A stretch of 64,000 nucleotides of DNA from Macrostomum lignano. Lineage: Eukaryota. The position numbers were made by a program, and so were the translations under genes. The stretch lies in assembly GCA_002269645.1 (NCBI GenBank), contig NIVC01000465.1:62001-126000 (forward strand). The letters are read 5' to 3'. Each line of letters starts with the position of its first letter. The stretch's first letter is position 1. The notes beneath the pieces were generated by a model. It was not told the origin of the DNA, ran no database searches, and worked only from the letters and a program-made list of their open reading frames with translations. Shown piece after piece: positions 1-16,446 of the stretch.

Positions 1-58
1 TTGTCAGCTACATGCAGTTTGTGTTACTAAATCAATTAGTTAAAGTAGGCAAATAAAT

Positions 59-1175
59 TTGTTGGCTAATTAGTTTTGTACAGGTGAGATATAGGGGTGA
101 GCCAATAATTGTTGGCTGATTAGTGTTGCAAAGGTGAGAAATAGGGGCGAGCCAATAATTGTTGACTTAATTAGTGTCGTACAGGTGAGAAATAGGGGCG
201 AGTCAATAATTGTTGACTTAATTAGTGTCGTACAGGTGAGAAATAGGGGCGAGTCAATAATTGTTGGCTAATTAGTGTCGTACAGGTGAGAAATAGGGGT
301 GAGTCAATGATTGTTGACTAATTAGTGTCGTACAGGTGAGAAATAGGGGCGAGTCAATAATTGTTGGCTAATTAGTGTCGCAAAGGTGAGAAATAGGGGT
401 GAGTCAATGATTGTTGGCTAATTAGTGTCGCAAAGGTGAGAAATAGGGGTGAGTCAATGATTGTTGGCTAATTAGTGTCGCAAAGGTGAGAAATAGGGGT
501 GAGTCAATGATTGTTGGCTAATTAGTGTCGCAAAGGTGAGAAATAGGGGCGAGTCAATAATTGTTGGCTAATTAGTGTCGCAAAGGTGAGAAATAGGGGT
601 GAGTCAATGATTGTTGGCTAATTAGTGTCGCAAAGGTGAGAAATAGGGGTGAGTCAATGATTGTTGGCTAATTAGTGTCGCAAAGGTGAGAAATAGGGGT
701 GAGTCAATGATTGTTGGCTAATTAGTGTCGCAAAGGTGAGAAATAGGGGTGAGTCAATGATTGTTGGCTAATTAGTGTCGCAAAGGTGAGAAATAGGGGC
801 GAGTCAATAATTGTTGGCTAATTAGTGTCGCAAAGGTGAGAAATAGGGGTGAGTCAATGATTGTTGGCTAATTAGTGTCGCAAAGGTGAGAAATAGGGGT
901 GAGTCAATGATTGTTGGCTAATTAGTGTCGCAAAGGTGAGAAATAGGGGTGAGTCAATGATTGTTGGCTAATTAGTGTCGCAAAGGTGAGAAATAGGGGT
1001 GAGTCAATGATTGTTGGCTAATTAGTGTCGCAAAGGTGAGAAATAGGGGTGAGTCAATGATTGTTGGCTAATTAGTGTCGTACAGGTGAGAAATAGGGGT
1101 GAGTCAATAATTGTTGACTTAATTAGTGTCGTAAAGGTGGGAAATATGGGCGAGTCAATTATTGTTGGCTAATTA
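59..1175. repeat. 50-bp tandem minisatellite (ATTAGTGTCGCAAAGGTGAGAAATAGGGGTGAGTCAATGATTGTTGGCTA), about 22 copies
   Basis: Exact 50-bp periodicity is visible from 421 to 1080, with degenerate edges. Confidence 0.95.
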
Positions 1176-1699
1176 GTGTAATAAAAGTAAGAAATTTCAA
1201 ATCATTATTATCTGATAGGTCTACGCTACCTTGAAAACTTTGAATAGGACCAATGTTAGCTATTAAGAACAATAATTTAAACTGTTTTACAATTTCAATT
1301 GCGGATAGGAAATGACAGGACAAACACAGCCCCTGGAGGGATTGGGTGGGATGACCATTCCGCTATGGCTATCGAAGGGGCAATAAAAATCTGAGGAGTC
1401 GGGCGGGAGGCGGCAGAGGAGGAGAGTCCACCCGGAAAGACTGGTGGCTTGCGCGCGTGTTTTTCTATAGTTGGCTACATACCTTTTGAGCACCTGTATC
1501 AGGGACTACGAGTAGGTCTCCCCGCTAGCGAGCGCTGTTTAACTCAATCGCGACAGACTTTTTGGCGCCTTCCGGGTTAGCTCGAAAATAGACTACTTTT
1601 TCAGGATGCGTGACTATTGTGCACTTCTTCTTTCTCTGTCTGAGCAAGCTGTCTGCGTTTGCTTTGGTGTAGTTAGTTTTTGAGGTTCAGAATTAAATT

Positions 1700-2310
1700 T
1701 TTTTATGGATGCGGGAGACAAGAGAGATGAAAGTAAAGAGGGAGAGTGAGAGATGGAGAGAAAGGTACATTTAGGGGAAAATGAGGGGAAATGATGGGGA
1801 GAGGAGAGATATGAGAAGAGAGGGGAGAATAGAAGGAAAAAGAGAGGGGAAAAGCGAGGGGAGAAGAGAGGGGAGAAGAAAGGGGGAGAGGATAGATGGG
1901 AGAAGAGAGAACAGAAAAGAGATGGGAGAGTAGAGGGGAGGAGAGAGGGGAGAAGAGAGAGGGGAGAAGAGAGAGGGGAGAAGAGAGAGGGCAGAAGAGA
2001 GGAGGAGAAGAGAGAGGGCAGAAGAGAGGAGGAGAAGAGAGAGGGGAGAAGAAAGGGGAGAAGAGAGGGGAGAAGAGAGAGGGGAGAAGAGAGGAGAGAA
2101 GAGAGAGGGGAGAAGAGAGAGGGGAGAAGAGAGGGGAGAAGAGAGGGGAGAAGAGAGGGGAGAAGAGAGGGGAGAAGAGAGGGGGAGAAGAGAGAGGGGA
2201 GAAGAGAGGGGAGAAGAGAGGGGAGAAGAGAGGGGGAGAAAGGAGAATGAGGGAAAAGAGAGATAGAGAGAGATAAGGGAGAAGGATGGGGAGAGAAGAG
2301 ATAAGAGAAA
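1700..2310. repeat. Purine-rich (GA) low-complexity/minisatellite tract; a second tract lies at about 2786-2975
   Basis: GAGAAGAGAGGG-type units; the long ORFs over this tract are artefacts. Confidence 0.9.
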
Positions 2311-2444
2311 GGGAGATGAGACGAGAGCAAGTGTCTGTGAGGGCCTCTAAAAAACGCTCAGAAAACTGGGAGATTTTATCAATAAATCTTGTAAACAAAA
2401 GCGCAAGAGAAATGATTGATGAGTCACCGCTGTTACCGCCGCAG

Positions 2445-5259
2445 GCTCGCACAACTGCCAGCGCAGATTCGATGGCCCCGGAGGCGACGCGGCGCACACG
2501 CAGGCCGCCTCGGCGATTCACATCGACATTGAGGAAGAATTCCAGCTGTCCGACAATCGTCCTGTTCGACAACGAGGAGCGGTGCACCTTCTGCGACTGC
2601 TGGTGCACGAAATCGGACACCTGCTGGGTCTGGGGCACTCGTCCCACTTGAGCTCAATTATGCACCCGTCCAGCGTGAATGCTTGGCCGGCACTGCTCCG
2701 GCGTCCGACATCTCGTGTCCCGGCAGCTCTGATTGGCAGGGACGAGATCCGGCTGGTTCGGCAGAGATACGGTGGGTTAAGATGAGGGGAGAGGGGAGAT
2801 GGAGAGATAGGAGAAGGGGAGAGATAGGAGATAGATAGATAAGGAGATGGGAGATGGAGCTATGGAAGATGGAGAAAAGGGAGAGATAGGAGATGATGGA
2901 GAGAGGGGAGAGAGGAGATGAGCAGAGGAGAGAGTGGAAGGGGTAGAGGGATATCGGGACACAGGGAGGAACAAGAAAAAAAGCGGTCTAGTGGCTCACA
3001 CATGCAATACGAGTAATGTGAGGATTTAGTTCATAGAATTCGCAACCCTCTACTTGCAGGCCCCTGTTCTCCAAGAATCGACGCCATCATCGATTGGCGC
3101 TACGAGCTAGGTCGCGGGTTCGAATCCTACACTCGAGTGGTCTCCAGGGGTTCCGTGTGGACCCAAGGTCGCGGCGGCTACCCGGACAGTCTGGGCTGCG
3201 TGTGGCCGGGACTGGACGGCCGTTTGGATCGCGTGGACGCCGTTTTGCAGGCGGAGTCACCTGACGGGCGAGCGCTGATCAGCCTGGCTTTCTCTGGTGA
3301 GAGAATGGGAATGGAATTCTCCTTGAAGTCTCTCAATCTAACTCTATATCTTCCCCCTCTCTAACCTTCCTAATCTTCTAATCTAATCTAATCTCATCTA
3401 ATCATATCTATTCTAATCTAATCTATTCTAATCTAATCCTTCCTAATCTAATCTATTCTAATCTAATCCTTCCTAATCTAATCTATTCTAATCTAATCCT
3501 TCCTAATCTAATCTCCTCCTCTCTAACCTTATCTATCCCTTCTCTTACCCCTCTCACTCCCCTCACCCTCTCTCACTCCCCTCACCCTCTCTCACTCCCC
3601 TCACCCTCTCTCACTCCCCTCACCCTCTCTCACTCCCCTCACCCTCTCTCACTCCCCTCACCCTCTCTCACTCCCCTCACCCTCTCTCACTCCCCTCACC
3701 CTCTCTCACTCCCCTCACCCCCTCTCACTCCCCTCACCCTCTCTCACTCCCCTCACCCTCTCTCACTCCCCTCACCCCCTCTCACTCCCCTCACCCTCTC
3801 TCACTCCCCTCACCCTCTCTCACTCCTCTCACCCCCTCTCACTCCCCTCACCCCCTCTCACTCCCCTCACCCCCTCTCACTCCCCTCACCCCCTCTCACT
3901 CCCCTCACCCCCTCTCACTCCCCTCACCCTCTCTCACTCCCCTCACCCCCTCTCACTCCCCTCACCCTCTCTCACTCCCCTCACCCTCTCTCACTCCTCT
4001 CACCCCCTCTCACTCCCCTCTCCCTCTCTCACTCCCCTCACCCTCTCTCACTCCTCTCACCCCCTCTCACTCCTCTCACCCCCTCTCACTCCCCTCACCC
4101 TCTCTCACTCCCCTCACCCTCTCTCACTCCCCTCACCCTCTCTCACCCCCTCACCCTCTGTCATTCCCCCGCTCTATCTCACTCCCCCTCTCTACTTCTC
4201 TCAAACATTTTCCTCGCTCTTTGTCTCTCACTCTTTTCGACTCGCAGTCTCCCTGAGGCATTCTCTCATTGTTTCTCAATTAATCTCCTCTCACCCTCTT
4301 ACACATCCATTCTACTCGAATGTTTCCATGGTCACGTGCATCTCACTCGTATTTCATAGTGAAATTCCACTGACACATGCAGAAGTGTTCCACGTGAGGT
4401 CGAAGTAATTAACTACAATTATTAATTACTAAATAATTCGCAAATTTAATCCACCGCCACCCAGGCGCCGAGTACTTCGTGATGAACAGCTCCACCGGTG
4501 CACTGCTGAGCACAGCGGCTCGCATATCTGCAGACTTTGGTCGGAGAACTGGGGAACAGTACGGCATTCCCGAATCGATTGACGCTGCCTACTATGACTA
4601 CATCGAGGGAACGGCCGTCTTCATCAAAGGAGACTGGGTGAGTTGAGTATGAATTCTATGAGGCTTAATACACAGGGTGTACAGCGGCCCAGGCACTCAC
4701 TCACTGTGCCTTAGGGGGTCGGTAGGGACTGGAGTTTCAGCGGATATCGAAGTACTGGGTAGAAATGATTGGAGGATTCATGGTAGGATTAACCACACTC
4801 CATCCGCTTAATATAGACCTCAAAAGTACTGGACCCGCAGAAGGTGAAATATGATCAACTTATTGCCCAAAAGTACTTATGAATATATCGTCATACTCTC
4901 AATTGCAGGCATTCGAGTACGACCTGCTCCAGCACAATGGCTCCCTGCGCAAGAACAACTGCTGCGTCAGACACGTCAAGCTCAGCCGGATGTTCCCGGA
5001 AGCTCCTAACAACTTGAAACCGCTCGTAACGCCCTTGGATGCAGCGTATTATCGTCGCAGCGACTCGACCGTGTTTCTGATCTCTGGGCAGGATTTCTGG
5101 TACTATGCCAGCAACATTGGAGCTGTCAATCGAACTTCTGACGCCGACGAGGTACTGCCCGCACAGCCGAAGCTGTTGCACTACGGTGGCAAGGTGCACC
5201 AGCAGTGGAGAAACCTGTGCTCCATGGCCGATGCCCGCTGCAGTTTGCACTCTGGGTAA
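2445..5259 (+). CDS. Matrix metalloproteinase (matrixin catalytic domain plus hemopexin repeats), 5' exons not found; exons 2445-2771, 3060-3296, 4465-4637, 4909-5259
   Basis: Exon 1 reads SHNCQRRFDGPGGDAAH...IHID...VHEIGHLLGLGHS...SIMHP, containing the FDGxGG motif, the HExxHxxGxxH zinc motif and the Met-turn. Later exons carry hemopexin-like motifs (CSPRIDAI, GYP...WPGL...VDAV, GIPESIDAAY...FIKGD, LDAAYY...FLISGQDFW). All junctions are GT-AG with compatible phases (1,1,0). Confidence 0.9.
3365..3530. repeat. (TCTAA)n-like microsatellite in an MMP intron
   Basis: Directly visible pentamer repeats. Confidence 0.85.
3545..4160. repeat. 19-bp pyrimidine-rich minisatellite (CTCTCTCACTCCCCTCACC) in an MMP intron
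   Basis: 19-bp periodicity, about 30 copies. Confidence 0.93.
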
Positions 5260-7119
5260 TGAAACCTACTGGTAGTGAGCCAGTTGCAGTGATGTCCTGG
5301 AATGCTGTTCATCTCATACTATCCAATAAAACTATTTTAGAAATCGTCACCTCATCTGTTGGCCCTCATAAATTCTCGTAATCTACCTCATTGTCTACTC
5401 ATATAGCTGTCATATTTTCATTAGCTTCTCGTGAGCAAAATAACGTCTACTGGAATCGTTTGCACTTTAATTTTGTCATCTTGATTTGCGCGAACGATGA
5501 AAAAATTTTTTCGGTCTCTCGAAAAAAAATCTCATAGAAGTTCCGGTTGGGCCCGGTAATTTTTTCACTGCTTCTTTTCATTTCAATCGTTAATCACAGT
5601 TTTTGACTTTGTTAAAATGTTTTTTTGTTTAACTATTGTACAAGCTGTTCATCCTGTTTTTATGATGCGATGTCAGAACCAGAATCATGCGAGAACATCA
5701 TGTTAGCTACATCAAGAAGTAAAGTTTTAATTTAAAAAATCGAACCTGTATAACGTGTCCTAACCTCAAAATTAAGTAGCTAGAAAGTTCTTCCTTGAAA
5801 ATTGGTTCTGACTCTGGAATTGGTATTGACTTCAATGTCATGTTGATTTAAAAAGAACATTCATTGCTACTGCGCTTCAGCAGCAGATTAAGATGGTGTA
5901 ATCAAAGCAGAAACACATTTTTATACTTCTTTATTAGCTTTTCAACCAATTCTCTAATCGGATTATTAAAAACATACAATTATACATGCAAATTAATATC
6001 CAATATTGTTTTCATTTGCTTCTGAATAACGGATTCCTAAAATGTGATTCGTTTTAATGTTTACTACAATATTTTTTCAAACTTAAAAAATAACAAAGAC
6101 AATAACAATCAACAGTAAATTCCCAGATGACACCTTCTCTGTGATGGTCACTTCTGCAAAAATTTTTATATTTATTTAAATTAGATGGTAGATAAAGCAT
6201 TCGCAACGGATGGATACCACAGTGTGAAGACAAAAAAACTATATTTCAGATGTAATTGCTAAAAGTTTGTTTAAAAAGGCACATATGACATTTTGCGGAT
6301 CTTCGTTTGGTCTAGAAAATTGCTGGATTGTAAATATTTATGCATCCTTATTTTTAGTTTAGAGCATTTCAAAAACTTTCTTATGATAGCATTGGCAATT
6401 AGATAGCTTTATTGGTAAATTGTCGCTATACTCAGAAACACGAAAAGTCGGCATCACAGAAGATTCCGTCTGTGGTAGCCACTTTTGATAGTGCAGGTGA
6501 AGTCTCTCAATCTTTGCGAGTGACGCAACTCAGCTACGCCAGACTTGAGTTGAGGAATGAAGTGGGAGAAGTTGGACGGATTAAAGCTACCCCGATCAGT
6601 TTTCTCGTATCTTTTATTTCAGAATAGTCCCAGAGAAATTGCTCACTGGCGCGTAGAGTGGCGACTTTTCAATGTTGCTGAGTATTAGTTTAAGTTAAAC
6701 AAGTTGAAACTTTAAACTGAAAAATTAATGTTGCATAACAGCATCATGAAAGAGATAGCAAGCATTCCTAGAAGCGGTCAATTAGCATTGTTCGAGTTGA
6801 GTAAAATCATTTGGCAAAGTTATACCACGCACGAGGCACATTATATAAGCATTATGCCCATAAAAATCTGTGTGAATATAAGCATAAAAAATTTGCATGT
6901 GTGCATATAAGCATAGGTTATCAAAAAATCGGCATTTGTGTGCATATGAGCATAGGTTATCAAAAATCGATATGTGTAAATAGAATCATAGCCATAGGTT
7001 ATCAATCGGAATACGAATAGATGCATATGTAAACATGGCAACGACAAAAACCAAGGTAAAGAATTTTTGCTTTTTTTAAATAATGGGAAGAAAAAAATTA
7101 AAAGGCACATAAAGAAACC

Positions 7120-7448
7120 TTTCAAAACGCTTAAAAAGCAGGTTAAAAACACTCGAAACAGGAAAACTGCTCTCATGCAGTTGGCGTCGCAAATTTTTTT
7201 TGCTTTTTACGAGAGAAACACACCTACCCCAGGGCATCCGCAACACCATATCTTTCAACCAGGCCATAACACAAGTAGCTATAACCTTTTCCACATACCC
7301 TACTATCAGTAGTCTGTAAGAAAGAATTTTACTTCGGATTTTCTGGAGTGAAACTTCAGAAAGACGGCTTTTTGCCACCAAACTGAGTTGTAACAAATCA
7401 AACGTGTTGCAGATGTATTCGGCATTAAATCTTAAATAAACTGAAAAG

Positions 7449-7470
<22 letters not shown>
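7120..7470 (+). repeat. Dispersed repeat, copy 1 (diverged direct copy at about 14850-15290)
   Basis: Shared blocks AAAAACACTCGAAAC(A/C)GGAAAACTGCT, CCAGGGCATCCGCAACACCA and AGTAGTCTGTA..GAAAGAATTTTACTTCGGATTTT. Confidence 0.75.
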
Positions 7471-10832
<3,362 letters not shown>

Positions 10833-11781
10833 GCTCCCCGAGAACGAATCTCGTTGGAGGAGGCACCGGGATTACGAACAATTAGCTATGGAAGTTTGAT
10901 GGTGCTTTGTTAAAATTTATTTGAAAGTAAGACAAAGCAAACTTGGCAAGGTTTCAAAACCAAGCTTCAAATTTGGACTCTGAGAGTTAGAAAGCTGAAA
11001 GAGAATTTAGAGAGCCTCAGGAGAAAGAAAAAAACAGCAAATAATTAAGAGGCTCACAAGCGGAGACAAGACTAAATATGTAGAATAGCGCACGTGCACG
11101 CGCAGGCTGCAACAGGCTCCACCAACCCCACACGCACCAACCCCAGCCGCCTCATCACGCAGATTAAGCGCCCTTTACCCACAGACCATGCAATGAGTAT
11201 AACTAAACTGCGCATCCAGCATTGCTTGCCTGGGCTCGTTTTTTGACAAAATGACAAAGCAGAAAAAATGGTCCTCTCTACCCAAGCTCCTTGTTACTGA
11301 CACAATAGCTGGGAATGGCTGCCACTCTAAGGTAAATGCGTGTGGGGAGCTTCCGTCCAGTGATGCTTTTTTAGGAGGTTCCTGGTCTGGGGGACAGACT
11401 GCCTGAAAGCCTGACTCACGAAGCACACTCTCCGCCACAATGCCTTGGACTGTTTGCCTTGCAGGCTGCCCCTTAAATCAAACCCACAATGCTTATCCAA
11501 ATTTTTTCCCAAGAGCCCGTTTCAGTAAAAACTTTAGATAATGCATTGCACGTCACATATGCTCACTCAACTCGAGCAACCCCGGAATCTGGAGTGAATT
11601 TCCACAGCTATACCTTCCGGCAGTTTGGGGTGGGGGAGCGGTGGCAGATTTCAATGCGAATTTTTGTCCTGCTTTTTTGTCCAAACCGCAGTCTACGCTC
11701 ATAGTACTTTTTCTTGGTTTGATGTGGCCCGCCACTTCCCTCCAAAAGAAAATGACGCATACCATACACTGCCATTGCGCA

Positions 11782-13390
11782 TTTCTTCTTCTTCCATTCG
11801 GGCGCGCTCGGGCCAGAGCCCATGGCACCGGGCGTCAGACAGCACCCGCCTTCCCGAGGAAGTTCAGCACCGCGACGGCGACGCAGTTCTCGAAAACTGC
11901 CCCGGGCTCCCCCCAGAGGCGGCAGCGGTGTGGAGTCAGGGCGGGACAGGAGATCAGCAGATGGGCCGCCGTCTCCTCCATCGCTGCAGAAGCGGCAGGT
12001 GGGGGCCACGTCAACGCGCCGATGGCGGCCTGGAAGCCCCGCAGGGCGGGGCAGCGGTCGGCGCGCAGCTGGCAAATCAGCCGCTCCTGCCGCCGCGTGA
12101 GGTCGCTCGTCGGCGGAGGCGGCAGGCGGCCCGACATGCAGGCATGGTGCCAGGCAAGCGAGCTCGTGCTCGCCGCCTCGGTGGCCGCCGCATTGTAGGT
12201 CTGGTGCCAGCGGGCCTGCGCGGCAGCCAAAGGAACGGGCGCGGTGCCTTGCCCCAGCGTGGAGCCTTGCTTGGCGATCTCGTCCACGGCCTCGCTGCCG
12301 GGGATTCCCGCGTGGCCAGGCACCCACTGCAGGTGGACCGAGGTTCTCCGGGCCACGAGGTCGGCGAGGCTGGCCCAGACGGCGTCGATCATGGTGGCGC
12401 CCGTCGACCCGGGGCCGGACGCGAGTGCGGTAAGCGGCGCACTTGTTTGGCGCCAGCTCCATCCGCCACTCGCTTGCCCAGTCAGAGACCGCGTCGATCG
12501 CAGCCTGCGCCTTCGTCTCGGCCTCCTCCACGGTCAGGCCTTGCACTGCGATGGCCAGGTCGTCGGCGTAGAGGAACGGCGTGCAGTCGGACGGCAGGTG
12601 GTTAGGCGTTGATGTACAGCGCAAAGAGCAGAGGGCAAGGACACTCCCCTGTGGCAGGCACTCGCGGAAAAGCCGCCAGCTGCTCAGCGCGCCGTCCACC
12701 CTGACGGCAGCACGGCGATCGGCCAGGAAGCTGCTGAGCCAGCATTCCCCGGCCGCTGGGATGCCGGTGTTGTGCAGCTTGTACAGCAGGCCCTGCTTCC
12801 AGACGGTGTCGTACGCCCGCCGGAAGTTGAACAGGACGACGACCGTCCACCTGGCAGGGGCCGACTGGTGGCTGTCACTGATGAGCTGGGTGAGCCGGGC
12901 AATCTGGTCCTCGGTGCTGCGCCGCTTGCGGAAGCCGGCTTGGGCGGTGTGCAGCAGGTGCCGGGACTTGGCCCACCAGTAGAGCCGCGCTTGAGCCAGC
13001 CGCTCGGCCAGCTTGGCCAGGGTGGAGGTGAGGGCAATCGGCCGGTATGAGCCGATCTCGTCGGGCGGCTTGCCCTTCTTGAGGATCGGCACGGCGCCAC
13101 GCCGCGGGGACCTCCCCCTGGGTCCAGGACGCGTTGATCAGCAGCAGGACCGCCCGGCGGCCGGCAGCGCCGAGGTGCTGCAGGTGTTCGGCGCAGATCT
13201 CATCGGGTCCTGGGGCCTTCCTGGCCGGGAGGGAGCGGAGAGCCCTGTCCTGCTCGCGGTGCGAGAACGGCTTTTCAAAGTCTCTGCTCCCATGGCTGTC
13301 AGCGCCGGCTCGCGAAGCGCTGCTGCGAAAGTTCTCGCGGCGGAGGTCTCGCGTCCTGTGGTCTTACGGGAGGCGGCTGACGGCGGCAAA
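11782..13390 (-). mobile_element. Non-LTR retrotransposon (I/Ingi-like, RT plus RNase H plus CCHC knuckle); 5'-truncated, internally deleted and frameshifted
   Basis: RT motifs KAPGPDEI, PILKKGKP...SYRPIALTS, QAGFR, PQGSVL and FLYADD; RNase H C-terminal half LQWVPGHAGIPGSEAVDEIAK; split CRFC...ETAAHLLISCP knuckle; stop at 11835 followed by a short (GAA)n tail at about 11782-11793; strongly GC-rich compared with the flanks. Confidence 0.93.
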
Positions 13391-13435
13391 ATTCTAAAAA
13401 AAGTTCTAAAGAAAGTTCTAAAAAGACTAGCGGAC

Positions 13436-13573
13436 ATTCAATTCAGACAATTCAGACTGGGGACAATTTTGTCTATGGCCAAACCTTGCTTCGGTGGCAG
13501 AATGCTTTGAACTTCGGTTTTTTCTATTGATTTTGCGTAAGCGTTGCCCCAGTCCGAATTGTCTGAATTGAAT
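13436..13573. mobile_element. Small inverted-repeat element (MITE-like, about 138 bp) with near-perfect inverted repeats of about 30 bp
   Basis: ATTCAATTCAGACAATTCAGACTGGGGACAA (13436-13466) versus TTGCCCCAGTCCGAATTGTCTGAATTGAAT (13544-13573); no clear TSD. Confidence 0.6.
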
Positions 13574-14304
13574 TTTCGGCTAGTTTTTTTAAAAGCTGGA
13601 CTTTGATCAAAATGAACGTGAAAAGGTGTAGTTTGTTGCAGATTATCGGTATGATTGAATTTCAGTTCAAATGAAGTGGAAATAATAATAATAATTATTA
13701 TTAAAAGCATTTTTAAGTAAAGAAACTTCAACAAAAGAAATAACAAATCAGAAGCGCCAATCGTCATGTCAAAAATAGTAAAGCATCGTGTCAAACATAA
13801 AATAATAACAAATGTATAGCAAAAAAGACGTCATGTAAAACATAGAAGAAGCGTCTTGTGAAGCAAGAACGAAGAAGCGCCATTTCAAAAATGAAATAAA
13901 GAAATCAATAAAAATAAAAGATTTATTGGGGGAGGGCTGAAGCATGACATTAGCGCGCACGTGTATTTTTTGGCAAGTGGGGAAACAATTGCGCGCACAG
14001 ACAAAAGCGCACAAAAACCACAGTAACTTTACCATAGACATAAGCTAAGACATAAGCGCGGTGGAATTTTTTCGACTATCCGACACAAAGTCAGGAAACT
14101 TTATTTTCTCTATATTTATTTTTCACAAAGTTGAAATGTTCAGATTTAAAATACTGAAATTTTTTATTTAAAATGGTGAAATGTTTAGTAGCTAAGAATA
14201 AAACCACATGTTATGCAAGTCTGGGGCCGGGTTTTGATGGTCTGTCGCTGGCTGCAGCTGGTAGTCCGGCACTGGCTGCAGCATTCAGATTGATGCGTCT
14301 AGAA

Positions 14305-14820
14305 TGTGCGCTTGTGCCAGACTCATGCATTTGAGATGCGCGCTTGTGCCAGACTCATGCATTTGAGATGCGCGCTTGTGCCAGACTCATGCATTTGAGA
14401 TGCGCGCTTGTGCCAGACTCATGCATTTGAGATGCGCGCTTGTGCCAGACTCATTCATTTGAGATGCGCGCTTGTGCCAGACTCATTCATTTGAGATGCG
14501 CGCTTGTGCCAGACTCATGCATTTGAGATGCGCGCTTGTGCCAGACTCATGCATTTGAGATGCGCGCTTGTGCCAGACTCATGCATTTGAGATGCGCGCT
14601 TGTGCCAGACTCATGCATTTGAGATGCGCGCTTGTGCCAGACTCATGCATTTGAGATGCGCGCTTGTGCCAGACTCATGCATTTGAGATGCGCGCTTGTG
14701 CCAGACTCATGCATTTGAGATGCGCGCTTGTGCCAGACTCATGCATTTGAGATGCGCGCTTGTGCCAGACTCGTGCATTTGAGATGCGCGCTTGTGCCAG
14801 ACTCATGCATTTGAGATGCG
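14305..14820. repeat. 32-bp minisatellite (CGCTTGTGCCAGACTCATGCATTTGAGATGCG), about 16 nearly identical copies
   Basis: Exact periodicity. Confidence 0.97.
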
Positions 14821-14849
14821 ATACAAGTCGAGCGTACGAGCTACACATT

Positions 14850-15290
14850 ACACGAAAACTTTTAAAATGCTTAAAAAAGCATGTATAAAAACACTCGAAA
14901 CCGGAAAACTGCTTTTAGTTGTCATCGCAAAAATCTCATATATTTGGCTGTTACGATAATCCAGGGCATCCGCAACACCAGATCTTTCAAACCCGCAATA
15001 ACATAAGTATAACTTTTTTTTCAACATGCTCTACTATGAGTAGTCTGTATGAAAGAATTTTACTTCGGATTTTTCGGAATCAAACTAAGAAAACTACAGA
15101 AATTTGCCCCGAAACTAAATTGAAAGCCCCTTTGATCAAAACGTTCTACTCTTTTGACATTAAAAGATGAGAAGTATCAAGTTTTTTGCACTAAACTTCA
15201 TTATAACAAATCGGACGTGTTGCAAATGCACTTGTCATAGAATCGGACATAGACTGGAAAATTATATATAATTTCCAATAGAAACACACG
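14850..15290 (+). repeat. Dispersed repeat, copy 2 (similar to 7120-7470)
   Basis: Same blocks as copy 1, in the same orientation. Confidence 0.75.
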
Positions 15291-16446
15291 ATCTGTCGTA
15301 GTATTAATAATTGTGTAAAAGCAAGAAAGCAAGATGTAAAAGCAAGGTTTCATGGCCTTCACTTCATGGCTGCGAGTCGCCGCGAAAATCATTAATAATT
15401 AATCCAAATTCACGAAATTTTGTCTATATACTCGTACATATACATCGAACTTTTTAAATGTCACTTCTGACCATGTCAGTGACATTATTGTCGGGATCTT
15501 TTTGCGCGTTGTTTAACCAATTTATGATGGTTTTAAAGTATATTCTACTATTGAATTTCATTTCTTGGCTCTCCAAATGCCTTTGACTCATTCTTTTATC
15601 CTTGACGCACTTGTTCAAGCTCTCATCTACTTTTTGACCGTTTCTTCCTATCGGATCTTTCCATTTCGCGTAAAAACTACCCTTCTTAATTTTAAGCATT
15701 CTACGTAGCTTGCACGAACTTGTTGGGTACTCCGGTGCTAACACCAACGCCGTTGATTATCGCGGTCTATAATACCTGGTAGCTCGATTCGAAGCACCAT
15801 GATACAATTTATTATAATGCTGGCCTATAGCTCTAGAATTTATGGGTAAGCATATGTAGGGTAAGATCGTGAAAGAAGCAATAGGGTTTTAGCTTCTGGT
15901 CGATAGGCCATAACCCAGCCTAGTCTACCTTCAGTCATCCCTTACCCCCCCCCCCTTCCAGCTTGCAGTTAAGTTAGCAAGATGCATTCTGCAAGGGTTT
16001 AACGAGCGGTTCAGCGTTGGGTATATAGAACATCCTAAGCTGGGACGAAAATATCCTACAACCTTACCGAATGATCCTTTCTGTGCAGCATTCTGTCTGT
16101 ATCTCTCTGCCACCACCCGAGCTACCTTCACTGCACTGCCTCGGTGTACAGGCACAGCAAACCAGATAATAGGTAAAACCCCTGGCACATCCCCATGGGA
16201 TGCAACAGGAAAGCAACAGTTTATCAGAACGGGCAAACGGGCCAATTCTAGGTCAGCAATAAAAAACGTCTTATTTAAGTTGTTTGCGTCAACTTAAATA
16301 ACGAGAACAACCCAACTAAACGAAAGGGAAAACAGGATCATTGTAAGTATTCCTGTAGAAAAAACTATTGCGTTACAATCGATAGCATATAGAATACAAA
16401 ATATTGTCTTCAACTTTCGACATTCAAAGGCTTGCAACCTCGCAGC

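Noticed and set aside
1300-1480. Possible upstream MMP exon (..HSAMAIEGAIKI*G..)
   Set aside because: It has an in-frame TGA, no convincing splice sites and only faint resemblance.
1614-2647. Long overlapping ORFs (238, 314 and 126 aa)
   Set aside because: They are translations of the GA-rich repeat or alternative frames of the MMP exon.
11625-13510. Multiple plus-strand ORFs of 90-330 aa
   Set aside because: They are antisense shadows of the GC-rich LINE.
15454-15747. 97-aa ORF with protein-like composition
   Set aside because: No recognisable motif or gene structure; possibly a decayed transposon fragment.
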